A DNA stretch of 64,000 nt, taken from assembly GCA_051294375.1 (NCBI GenBank), contig CM119264.1:5544218-5608217 (forward strand), in the 5' to 3' direction. Positions within the stretch are counted from its first letter, which is position 1; each line of letters starts with the position of its first letter. Below, one piece after another: positions 15,421 through 26,842 of this stretch. Below the pieces are notes generated by a model. It did no database searches. It had not been told where the DNA came from and saw only the letters and a list, made by a program, of their open reading frames with translations. Made by a program: the position numbers and the translations under genes. The DNA is from Paraspadella gotoi (lineage: Eukaryota > Animalia > Chaetognatha).

Positions 15421-17098
15421 TCGTCAATCTCGTTTTCCGCTAGGTGCCCACATCTCATCATCACCATCAGTGAAGGGCCTCATTTGCTCAGTCACTTCAT
15501 TCCACAAAAAGGGCGTCTTGTCCTCGTCGCCACGAGTTGTGGTCGTCGTCGTTGTTGTTGTGGTAGCAGTTGTCATTTTTTATGGTCTTCGTCATTATTG
15601 CATTTATTTTTGATGTTGTTGTTACATATTGTTGTTGTTGTTGTTTTTAAAGGTTAACTTGATTCCCTTTTACTTTCTGCGTCTACTGTAGATGTTAGTG
15701 ATGTACGAAGTTTTATTTAGTAAATTTTTGATATCTTTCCATGGACATCTTTGTATTGAACTCTATTATCGTTGTCAAAGAGATAGTCGCCATTGTCGTC
15801 ATAGTCATCGTCATCACCGATATCACCGTCATCATTATCACGGTCACCATCGTTCTCATCGTGATAGTAGAGTCGATGCAAAGTGCGTGAAAACTTCACC
15901 GCGGGCAATCGCAGCGTCAGAGATTTTTNNNNNNNNNNNNNNNNNNNNNNNNNNNNNNNNNNNNNNNNNNNNNNNNNNNNNNNNNNNNNNNNNNNNNNNN
16001 NNNNNNNNNNNNNNNNNNNNNNNNNNNNNNNNNNNNNNNNNNNNNNNNNNNNNNNNNNNNNNNNNNNNNNNNNNNNNNNNNNNNNNNNNNNNNNNNNNNN
16101 NNNNNNNNNNNNNNNNNNNNNNNNNNNNNNNNNNNNNNNNNNNNNNNNNNNNNNNNNNNNNNNNNNNNNNNNNNNNNNNNNNNNNNNNNNNNNNNNNNNN
16201 NNNNNNNNNNNNNNNAGGAAACTCGAAAACGACAAGAATCGAAAGATGATGACAACGAGGATCACAACAAAGACATTGAAAACCAGAGCGAATAAGTCGA
16301 GAATGACAAAGACGATAACGATTGCTACATGGACGACAATGATGACAAAGGACAACGACGATGACAACGACGACGATAGCGACGACAAAGACGACGAATA
16401 CAATGACGACAGCGAAGACGACAATGGCAAAGACGATGATGACGGCGACGAGGTTAGCAACGACCCTAACGTCAAAGACGAAAACGACTACAAAGACGTC
16501 AACGACGACGTCGGCAAAGACGATGATGACGGCGCCACAAGCTAGTTAAGAGACGTGGCAGTACAGAAATGAGACGACTGAACACATAGACCGCAACGAC
16601 GGACGACGCACGCGAGGCAAGAAGGAGACGAGGAGAGGGCAAACGACGAAAATTGACGAGACTGCAAGAGAGAGCACAACCGAGGCGACGAGACGCACGA
16701 CGGCCAAGACGAGGACGAGACGACGGGCGAGAAATGAGGCTGGTCCGCCGATGAGAAGCCTGTTATGTAGGGTGCACAAAGTAGGGCAAACCGGNNNNNN
16801 NNNNNNNNNNNNNNNNNNNCGCCGATGAGAAGCTTTTTAAGGTCCACAAAGTAGAGCAACGAAGCGAAACACCATGGATGAGAAGGAATCGGTGATGGCG
16901 CCCTTTTACCCACTCTTTTTGGGTTAATTCCGAATACAAAAGGAGGTGNNNNNNNNNNNNNNNNNNNNNNNNNNNNNNNNNNNNNNNNNNNNNNNNNNNN
17001 NNNNNNNNNNNNNNNNNNNNNNNNNNNNNNNNNNNNNNNNNNNNNNNNNNNNNNNNNNNNNNNNNNNNNNNNNNNNNNNNNNNNNNNNNNNNNNNNNN

Positions 17099-17132
<34 letters not shown>

Positions 17133-17769
17133 GATGAGCCGAGCCGAGGCACTCTGGTTGCGATTAACCGAGAGAAGTGACTCCCCCTTTGCGCTTTTGT
17201 TTGTGCTTCAGCCGAGATGTAAAACGCATTTAGCGGCGACTGCTCTTTTTTTTTCTTTTTTTCTTCTTCTTTCGTTTTTCTTTCTTTTTTTCTTCTTTTT
17301 TTTTCTATCTTTTTCTCTTATCTTTCTTTTTTCTTTTTCATCGCTTTTTCTTTCATTCAAGAAAAAAATTTTCTTCTTTGTCTATTTTAAAGAACTGTAA
17401 TGTTTTTTTTAGTTTATAGTAAATTTATATTGTTTGTTTTATATTATTTTTTTTCACTTCTTCCTCCGATACAAACATGCTTTTTCGCTTTACATAATAA
17501 TCTATCATTTGCACCCAATTACTTTTTCTTAGGTTCTTTTTCGTCCCTTTAAGGTCACGTGACTTTTTTCTGTCTCATTTTATTATATTTCTTTTGTTTT
17601 GTTTTTCTTTGGTTTTCAAACGAGTTTTTCTTCACATTTTTGTTTCGTCTCTTTCGCACGTTCCTCTCTCTATTTCCTTTCAGAGTTCATTGCGGCCTCA
17701 GTTTTTTGTCTTTCCTCTCCTGGCCTTTCTGTGTCTGTCTGTCTTTCTTTCTTTCTTTCTTTCTTTCTT

Positions 17770-18529
17770 TTCCTCTCCTGGCCTTTCTGTTTGTCTGTTT
17801 CTGTCTTCTTTCTTTTCTTTTCTTTTCTTTCTTTCTTTCTTTCTTTTCTCTCTTCTTCTTCTTTCTTTCTTCTTTCTCTCTTCTCTCCCCCCCCTCCCTC
17901 CCTCCTTCTCTCTCTCTCTCACTCTCTCCTCCTCNNNNNNNNNNNNNNNNNNNNNNNNNNNNNNNNTCTCTCTATCTCTCTCTCTCTCTCTCTCTTACAA
18001 CATGACAATAATAAACTAGAATTCCTCAAAAGACTTCTTTTTCTCGCTATGGGCTAACTAAGAAATATTAAGTACTGTTGATGACATACTTCCACAACAG
18101 TACATATAAAAAAAATGCACTAAGAAAATTGTTGGTCCAAGTATCAAAATTGGTGTCAAACTCCAGTCGTTTGTTTTCTTTAAATTTAAATTACATCCGT
18201 GAGACAAAATCAACAGGGGGAGCCGCAGTAAATAAGTGAAATATATGTATGAAATTCTACCGCTACACATACTAGAATGTTCCGATCTATGATTAATTCA
18301 AAATACTTGACAAGCAAAGTAAAAATAGCACAAGGGCTGCGAGGGAAAAGTGAATAGCGACGTTAGGTTCCATTTCGTTTGCCATTACTTTCCATATTTG
18401 TTTGGAATTGCTTGCCATCGTTGCTTGCCAATGCTTGCCAATGCTTGCCATCGTTTGCCACCAAGTTATTAAAAAGCGCTGAAGAGGAAACCTGAAATAC
18501 ATCATTTCCACCGAGGGAAGAGCCATTTC

Positions 18530-18564
<35 letters not shown>

Positions 18565-19356
18565 TCTCCTGGCCTTTCTGTTTGTCTGTTTCTGTCTTCT
18601 TTCTTTTCTTTTCTTTTCTTTCTTTCTTTCTTTCTTTTCTCTCTTCTTCTTCTTTCTTTCTTCTTTCTCTCTTCTCTCCCCCCCCTCCCTCCCTCCTTCT
18701 CTCTCTCTCTCACTCTCTCCTCCTCTCTCTCTATCTCTCTCTCTCTCTCTCTCTTTACAAATGGACAATAATAACTAGAATTCCTCAACAAAGACTTCTT
18801 TTTCTCGCTATGGGGCAACAAGAAATATTAAGTACTGTTGATGCGACATACTTCCACAACAGTTACATATAAAAATGCACTAAGAACAATGTTGCGTCCA
18901 AGTATCGCAAATTGTGGTGTCAAGACTCCAGTCGTTTGTTTTCTTTAAATTTAAAATTACATTCCCGTGATGACAAAGCTCAACAGGGAGTCCGCCAGTT
19001 AAATAAGTGAAAATAATGTATATGAATCTGCACCGCTACACATACATAGAATTGTTCCATCTATGCATTCAATCAAAATACTTGACAAGCAAAGTAAAAA
19101 TAAAGCATCGAAGGGCTGCGAGCGGGAAAGTGAATAGCCGACGTTTTAGGTTCCATTTCGTTTGCCATTACTTTCCAATTATTTGTTTGGAATTCTTGCC
19201 ATCGTTGCTTGCAATTGCTTGCCAATGCTTGCCATCGTTTGCCACCAAGTTATTAAAAAAAGACGCTTGAAGAGAGGAAACCTGAAATACATTCATTTCC
19301 CACCGAGTGGAAGAGCCGATTTGTCTCTCTCTCTCTTCTCCTCTCTCTCTCTCTCG

Positions 19357-19394
<38 letters not shown>

Positions 19395-19400
19395 CTCTCT
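17770..19400 (+). repeat. ~790-bp tandem duplication (second copy insertion-rich, followed by 25-N gap)
   Basis: ttcctctcctggcctttctgtttgtctg... starts at about 17770 and 18561. The unique part (aagtactgttgatg...cttgccaatg repeats...gaggaaacctgaaatacat) is repeated with extra inserted bases. Confidence 0.85.
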
Positions 19401-19850
19401 TTATAGATCAACCCGGGCCAAGTATAGGCCCGCNNNNNNNNNNNNNNNNNNNNNNNNNGGCCCGCTCCATACAGATCTATTTTCCCATCTCCTCTGGACC
19501 TTACTCTTGACTCACCTACTTACCTTTCCTTCCTCTTCCCTATTTGGGTCCGTTACACAGTATAAAAGACGCATGTATTAATAATGCATTATTAATGTAT
19601 TACCAATAATCCATGATTCACGTTTAACACTCTCCTCCGCTTCTTACTCTCCAATGTCGCAGTACTCCCCCCCACACTCCCCCTTCCTGGGGCCTCTCGC
19701 TCTCTCGATATCTCCCGATCCATGAAAAAGGATGCCGAGCACAAACCAGCCAAAGGTTCTCTCTCTCTATCTTTCCCTCTCCCTGATCCCTAGATACCTG
19801 CTTTATGTTTTTCCCCAGTTTTTTTTTCCTCCCTTTTTTGTTTATCTCCG

Positions 19851-20012
19851 CCGGAAGTCACGCCTCTTAAAACGACGGTCCGCTTCTCGACCAATGAGCG
19901 TTTTCCTTGACAGCCAATCAGCTTCTTTCATTCGACCTTTTTGAGCCAATCAGTGAGAACTGCCTCGGATGAGGTTTTTTTTTCTTTACCGCAACCTTAG
20001 GGCCGCCATGTT
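19851..20012. promoter_or_regulatory. Promoter-like cluster: ETS site, three CCAAT (NF-Y) boxes, YY1 site
   Basis: CCGGAAGT 19851-58; gaCCAATgag 19891, agCCAATcag 19914, agCCAATcag 19946; CCGCCATGTT 20003-12. Confidence 0.5.
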
Positions 20013-20517
20013 TCGGTTTAGGGCCACCAGGAAGACTCGAGGTCGTCTTGAAAAAACCAAGAAGCTAAGACGTCGTTGTCGTCGTTGTCGTCGTCGTTGC
20101 ATCGTCGTCGCTGTTGTCGTCGTCTAGACATAGTCGTCGAATGCATGATTCAGGTGATGCTGGATGGATCAGCCTTATCCAACATATTGACTTAATATAT
20201 ATTACGTATATATTGTATAGATTTAAAATAAAACTTCAAAAATGAACTTTAAAACTAAAGAAAATACTGAAGAATGTTGGCAAGAACCCTTGATGAATTT
20301 GGACAAACGTTAATGTAAAATCAGCGCAACCGGACAATTTCAACGAGAGGAGTTTTTTTTTCGTGTGGGGGGGGAACCAGAAGACGACAACGAAAACGAA
20401 AGAAAAGGTTGAACAATGGGAGGAAAAAGGTTTGGTTGAGTTTGGAAAAAGATTTTAGCAGGATTTTTGGTAGCAAAGTTCGTGTAAAATAGAGACGCAG
20501 AGAGAGAGAGAGAGAGA

Positions 20518-20549
<32 letters not shown>

Positions 20550-21095
20550 CGAGAGAGAGAGAGATTAGAGAGAGAGAGATAGGAGAGAGAGAGAGAACTC
20601 GACCTGCGACGTAATCCGAAACTCCAACGAAACCAAATCCCATTAGAAGCCGTTAGATGGACAAAAATCCCCAGTGGTTTGGCACGAGTTTTAAAATGAA
20701 AGGGAAAGGGACAGACGAGTCATCAGACAGACAGACAACAGACAGACAAGCGAAAAGCTTTCTAAGTTGTGGTAGCCTTTACACTGGTTTAATTGGCCAT
20801 TACCCTTTATTTGTCCTCAGTTAACCACATTAAATTAAAACTTTTAAATTTACGAGTTCCAAATCTAAAAAATTGAATTTCTCTCTCCTATTTAAATTGT
20901 AAATTGTAAAGTTCGATTTATAGAAACTAATTTGATTAATAGAAACAAAGTTTGAATGAAATCTTTTAATTCCCTCAGCTACGTCCATGCCGAAGTTCAC
21001 TCTGTTTGAATTTGTGTTCTGTTTTGCCGCAGTTCTTGGCATATGTTGCAACAGACGGAGAGATAAAAAAAATCCGTTCATCAATTTATCATTTT

Positions 21096-21150
<55 letters not shown>

Positions 21151-23235
21151 ATTTCTTTCTTTCCTCATTCACCCTCGAGTCGAGATCAAAAGAGAAGCGC
21201 GTAAAGATGAGAAGACGTTTCGTCTGCTCCTCTTCCCCTCCTCATTCCTCCTTCACTCCTTCACAACCTCGCTCCACCCATCCCGCTCCCCCAAGGATTG
21301 CTCCTGTTCTTTCTCCTTCCAGTCTCTCGTGATTCGTCCTCATTGTAGTCACCAGGCGGATCAGTGTACGGGCTGTGAATCAGTGCAGTCGGGTGGATCT
21401 CTTCTACACTTGCAATGTTCATTCCTTTTTTCCTCTTATTCCTGTATTCGGTTCCATGATGAAATAAGGTTTATATGTGGCAAGTAAACGGGACGAGGTT
21501 CAGATCGAGAATGAATTCATTCTCCAACAACATTTACAAAAACAGTAAACAATAGCTTTACCATGGAGGTAAAAAAGCAATATATATCTTTGGAAGTATG
21601 AAAAAGCGTCTTTCTTTTCTTTATTTTCAACGTTTTTATTTCCCATTCTCTCGCCTTAGCACATATATTCCTAAAAAAAAACCGAAAAAAACCCAAACCC
21701 CATTAACCTTAGTTCCGTCTAAACCTTTGCGAACCTGAAATCCTTTTTTTTTTTCACTTTGCCACTCTGAACTCACCGTCCTTACCTTTCCTCTTGACCC
21801 GCCTAAAATCCATTTTAGCCTTTTCTCTCTTTCTTCGCGAGTTCATCCTTTTTTTTTCCTCAACCCTTTTCAAACTGCCTTTTACCCTCTGTCCCATCCC
21901 ACCCTCCAATTTTCTCCCTTTCGCGAACGACGAAACCCGACGCCACCCATGCGTCCCACGCCCCCCTTTAACGGTGCCGGTGGAGTTTGTTACGCCCCAT
22001 TGCGCAACCCCGACCCAAAACTCAGAATCCGAACTAAGAGGGTACTAAACCACTCTCTAATGGACGACGCGGTAACTTCGAGGCATCCGGAATATTAAAC
22101 ATTGTAAAAAAGCTACTAAAAAAAAGTTACTATTGATAAATATCAAGTCTTTTTAAATAGTAATTACTCATAATCATTAACAGTTAATAACCTCAACTAA
22201 CTTTTTATTTTAGTTTAAATCTAGTTTAACATTCTACAAATATATTTTAACAAAACCATATATATTATGAATGTATTGATTCAACCGTGCTGCCCATAAA
22301 CCTTTCCCTCCCGGACTTCACTGCATCCCCAAAGTTCAAAGACTTTTCGGGTTAAAGGCCGATCACTAGATTGATAGATGTGTGTATTTCGATTGACTGG
22401 CTCTGACAGTTTACAGATTCGCTTAAATTCTCGTATAGATTGCTCTCTGTTATTACCCCGATACCCTGGATTGCTTTGACGCAATGGCTTTAGAAATAGC
22501 ATTTTTATTTTTATTATTTAGTCCTTCGAGTAGATATTTTTTTTTCACCTCTTTCTCAACCGGTCAACCTCAATTTACTACTCGCAAATATTTATCCTAA
22601 TTCATTTTTCGTTTTCGCTCGTCGATCCAAGTTAAATCAATTAGACTTGATTGTTTAATTCTCTAATTGATCGATTTTTTTTTTACCGGGTCTGCCGTGT
22701 TAGATTATTATGCTTTTGACTTATCATTCAGGTCAAAATATGTTTAAAGAAAGATAAGTTTATTGAAAAGAAAAGTAGCACTAAAATTTTTTTAAGTCTC
22801 AAGAAAACTGAAACGCTCGAAAACGTCGTTAATTGGGACCTTCAGCCCAAAGTCGATTTTAAATACTATGGCTTATAAAAGTTTGGCAAATGAAAGATAT
22901 GATTAATTGGAACCAGAAGAAATGGGCCTGTGACTATACAATGTTTTATGAGATAACAATATCAAAAAAGAAACATTCATTATCTAAAAAGAGTTTCAAG
23001 AACTAATATTCTTTACGACTTTTAAGAAAATGAAATAAATCCGGTTTTTTATAAAATCCCTGTATCCAATTATTGCTACCAACTATTTTTTTTTTAAATA
23101 CCAACTCCAACTGCCTAAACCACTTTTCTCCCTTCATTACATTTTTATTACTAGAAACATTTTGAAACATTTTCTATTGTTATTATAATTATTATTATTT
23201 TTAATTTTATAATTTTTTCATGCAATAAATAGAAA

Positions 23236-23323
23236 ATGATGCGTTTCCTTCTCCCGTTTCTTCTCTCGGGATCGATTTTCCTGCCGGCGTTGGTTCAAGC
23301 CACAGGAGTCAAACTATACGTGG
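23236..23323 (+). CDS. Secreted-type glycine-rich RRM protein, copy 1, exon 1 (signal-peptide-like leader plus RRM beta1)
   Basis: agaaaATGATG start. Translates MMRFLLPFLLSGSIFLPALVQA-TGVKLYV. Phase-1 donor G|gtaagc at 23324, same position as in copy 2. Confidence 0.82.
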
Positions 23324-23596
23324 GTAAGCGAGCATTGTACATTGTACCGGACATTGCACCTCGCGCCACTATGTATCGGCGGGTTAGATGCCCCTTCCCA
23401 CTTTCTTGTTTGAATCGCGTGAAAGCGAACCCTTTGACCTGTACTTCCTAAGGCGATCTTCGAACGAGTCGTGGAGTAATATGTACTAACACGACAATAT
23501 AATTACAGACGTTAACGAGATGCAAATTTTACCTTTTGTGAATAAACTAAACATCTTATTCATCAGCCATTTCCTTTCCCTTTCCTCCCCGGTCAG

Positions 23597-23807
23597 ATAA
23601 TCTGGACTCTTCAACTACAGAAGAAGACCTTCTTCCCCACTTTAAAGAGTGGTGGCAAGGGTCACGTTTCTGATGTCAACATCATTACGGACCGTGACAC
23701 GGGGCGTAGCAAAGGATTCGCCTTCGTCACTTTGGATGGTCAAAACACAACCAAAGCAGCTGTGGACGCCCTTGACGAAACTGAGCTCAATGGGCATAAG
23801 ATCAAAG
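23597..23807 (+). CDS. Secreted-type glycine-rich RRM protein, copy 1, exon 2 (RRM core, frameshifted as assembled)
   Basis: Acceptor ggtcag ending 23596. Reads (D)NLDSSTTEEDLLPHF, then two single-base deletions relative to copy 2 (about 23644-23654), then KGHVSDVNIITDRDTGRSKGFAFVTLDGQNTTKAAVDALDETELNGHKIK. Donor G|gtagag at 23808. Confidence 0.8.
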
Positions 23808-24160
23808 GTAGAGCGAGGGTTTTGTGTCTTGCCTCGATTACTCGCGAAGTATCTGGGTCTTTGTCTGTCTGTAAGTTTTGTAGTTTGTCTATCTGTCCAT
23901 CGGTCTCTCCTGCTTATAGATGCGTTATTCTTGTGTAATATTGAATCAATTTGATTTTGATGCTATATCATGAGACGCTTCTTGTTCATTTATTTCATCC
24001 TTGTGAAATGCTACAATAAAGGATAATAAGGCGTAAAAATTTGTAATTATTTTCCTTCTTATTCTCTTTGACCTATCCGTCCAATTTCGCTTTATGTCTC
24101 AATATTATCAATTTAATACGAATTCCTATGCTCACGAAATGTTTTTTTTTCTAAATATAG

Positions 24161-24679
24161 TTAATTTGGCGCAGTCAAGAAGGCAGGGCGGACCCGTTGG
24201 ATTTCCGAGTCACCCAAACTCCTAAGAAGAAGAGAGAGTGGAGGTGGATGGGGGAGGAGGAGGAGGTGAACGCTACGGTGTGGTGGCGGTGGTGGCGGTG
24301 GTGGGGAGGGGATATCGTGATGGAGGTTACGGTGGAGGTGGTGGTAACGGTGGTGGTAGCGGTGGTGGCTATCATGATCGCCATGGAGGTGTGGCGGTGG
24401 TGGCGGACGTTATGGTGGTGGCGGATGGTGGCGGGGTGACTATCGTGGTGGAGGTTACGGTGGTGGTGGTGGTAACGGTGGTGGTAGCGGTGGTGGCTAT
24501 CATGATCGCCATGGAGGTGGTGGTGGTGGTGGCGGACGTTATGGTGTGGCGGTGGTGGCGGTGGGTGACTATCGTGGTGGAGGTACGGTGGTGGCGGTGG
24601 TGGTCGATCCTACGAAGAGAGATTTGCCAAAGATTTAGTCTTGAAAAAATCTTCGGAAAAGTTTGAGTTCCGATGTTGA
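24161..24679 (+). CDS. Secreted-type glycine-rich RRM protein, copy 1, exon 3 (Gly/Tyr/Arg-rich tail; disrupted as assembled, 3' end uncertain)
   Basis: Acceptor tag ending 24160. Reads (V)NLAQSRRQGG..., with in-frame TAA at 24223-25. GGN-rich sequence follows, encoding GGYGGGGGNGGGSGGGYHDRHGG repeats with frame slips. One frame ends GGRSYEERF...TGA at 24677-79. Confidence 0.65.
24313..24600 (+). repeat. ~129-nt coding tandem repeat (about 2.3 units) within the Gly-rich tail
   Basis: tatcgtg[a/g]tggagg(t)tacggtgg recurs at about 24313, 24441 and 24570. ggtaacggtggtggtagcggtggtggctatcatgatcgccatggagg occurs twice. Confidence 0.85.
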
Positions 24680-25709
24680 AAGATGAGAAGAATTATATGG
24701 GTGTTGTTGTTGAAGAGACAGACTGGACCGCCTTGAAAAATGATTCATCCAAAGAATAACATTGGCCAAAAAAATAAAATTGCACCAGTAAATCCTACTA
24801 CAAATTGCTTATTCCTAAATTGTATGGGGTGTGGTTTTTATTGGGTCTTTCATGGAATTAGTATGCATGCATACTTGTTTGTTAACTTTAATAAAAATTT
24901 ATGTTCCCAGTGCTCCACTCTAATACATACGTCAATCATATGCGCAAATCCCGACTTAAAGTATTTATTTAATACTGATCTTTCTCTCATCTAATATTTT
25001 ATATTTTTTATTATCGATTGAAAATGAAAAAAATTACAAGACTTATCTGGAGGGATAGACTGGATAGACCCAGATCCTCAAATAATGATTTCAAAGTTAT
25101 TAAAAAATAAGATCAATGATTCTAAAACTTTTGAATAATATTCGATTTTTTACTTGATTAAGAACGGTCAAGTTTAAAAAAAATTAACTCTTAGACCGCT
25201 CGACCGATTGTAAAAAAAATTTATACATTTATAATTTATTTATTTTTTAAAAAACTTTATTTTTCTTAAATAACAGATAAAAATATTATTATGGAGCATT
25301 TAGATTTTAAGTTATAAAGTGGCGCGTTTTTTTACACAATGAGCGTACTGTAAATGATGGATATTTAGCTTTTGTAATAAAAAGTTTTTAAATTTTTTTT
25401 TGCTTGTTTTTAATACAAAATAAATGGTGCAAGTCTTAAAAATTGAAATCTTTCTTTTTGGTTTTTAAAAAAACCCGTGTCTCTATTTTCAACTCCCATT
25501 ATTTTTGGATCAGCATCGAGTCTTTTTTTCTTCGGATGGATGCTCTTGCTTCTTTCTTGCCAAACTCTTGATCCTCTCATCATCCTTCCCTTTTCATTTT
25601 CAGTATCACATTTCCTCTCTCAAGTTTAACCGTCTCGAAATAGTTTTTTTTTTAGTATTTTTGCGATCTATATATATAGAATATAGATAACTCTTAGCTT
25701 TACCTTTAA

Positions 25710-25930
25710 GAGACAGAATAATACTAATGGATTAATGAATAAACCGTTAATAATAAAACAGTCCCTGAACTTCGGTTCAGACTATAGCACCTCGCTATTG
25801 TCGGGTAAAATGCTCCGTCCCACTTTAATGCTATAAGGACACCCGGCGAAAATCTCGGACATTTGGGTTGGCACGCTCAATTAACCGCTGTGAAACGTTG
25901 GCGGATTTCAACCCTGCATATTAGGTACTT
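25710..25930 (+). repeat. Dispersed repeat copy (diverged match to ~49699-49940)
   Basis: Shared ordered blocks aaaccgtt / cagtccctga.cttcgg.tcag.ct / ccgtcc / ttgggttgg / ccgctg / tgaaacg / gtac. Confidence 0.65.
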
Positions 25931-26128
25931 AGTCTGGACCTAAATTATATTGAGTTATGTAAAAAGCGGCTCGCCTAAAAAAATTCAATCAACTATACGG
26001 CATTACTATTGACTATTGGCGTCTCATTGACAGACAAGTCGTTTGAATTATTCATATCTCGATGCCGATGAGAATATATTCGAAATCAAGGCGACCTACT
26101 TATTATATAGAGAGAGAGTGAGAGAAGA

Positions 26129-26188
<60 letters not shown>

Positions 26189-26509
26189 AAGAGAGAGAGA
26201 GACGATAGAGAGAGAGAGAGAGAGAGAGAGAGTTAATGGTATCAATAAAAGCTAAAGCGATTCAAATCGTACATAAGAGACCTCGGAAATCAGACTCGCC
26301 GATGATGTTAGCCGGAAAAGGGGAGGACCAAGGAAGAAACGCCGGAAAAGGGGCGTGACAGAAGTCGTCTGCCGGAAAAGTAAATGATGACGAGACGAGT
26401 GGACGCAGGAATTAGGACTGGGTCTGAATACACGTCGTCATATGTGAAATGGGAACAGGCAGGGAGGGTTAGTGATGCGAAATTTCTGCGTGATATTTGT
26501 ATTAGTTGT

Positions 26510-26595
<86 letters not shown>

Positions 26596-26842
26596 CAGAG
26601 AGGAATAAAAAGAAAGAGAGAAAAATAGAGAAAGATGCCTATCGCCACTGGTTACAGTGGTTACAGTGGTTAGGGTTGTGACAGTGTGTGGTGGCTACAG
26701 GAGTCTCGCTTGCATATTCATGAGAGATGTGTTACGGATCCATTGCGAAAGATAGTTTTGACAAGAAGCGACGATGACGACGACGACGATGACACGACGA
26801 TGACGACGTCTACGACGAAGATGAGAACAACATTCTCATGGT

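Larger units (their letters stand above)
22381..25640 (+). repeat. Segmental duplication unit A (carries gene copy 1); paralogous to ~31445-34210
   Basis: Upstream (gtgtatttcga...cagattcgcttaaat...), intronic and downstream (gcttttgtaataaaa...aaataaatggtg..aagtcttaaaaattgaa...cgtctcgaa) blocks align with unit B and show many substitutions, i.e. true diverged paralogy. Confidence 0.85.

Noticed and set aside
14362-15657. Long ORFs spanning N runs (also 3160-3681, 12290-13000, 34194-35270, 36406-36951)
   Set aside because: Length comes from assembly gaps translated as X.
16216-16545. Asp/Thr-rich ORF end (DNDDDNDDDSDD...), similar tracts at 13943-14134 and 41050-41390
   Set aside because: Degenerate (GAC/GAT)n microsatellite common across the window; no splice or start support.
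21260-21425. Minus-strand frame with IASV...GDYN...PWGS, reminiscent of a LINE endonuclease
   Set aside because: Motif spacing does not fit, the frame is short and no RT sequence is nearby.
26311-26380. Repeat-spacer pattern as a CRISPR array
   Set aside because: Repeat only 10 bp with three copies, eukaryotic context, no cas genes.
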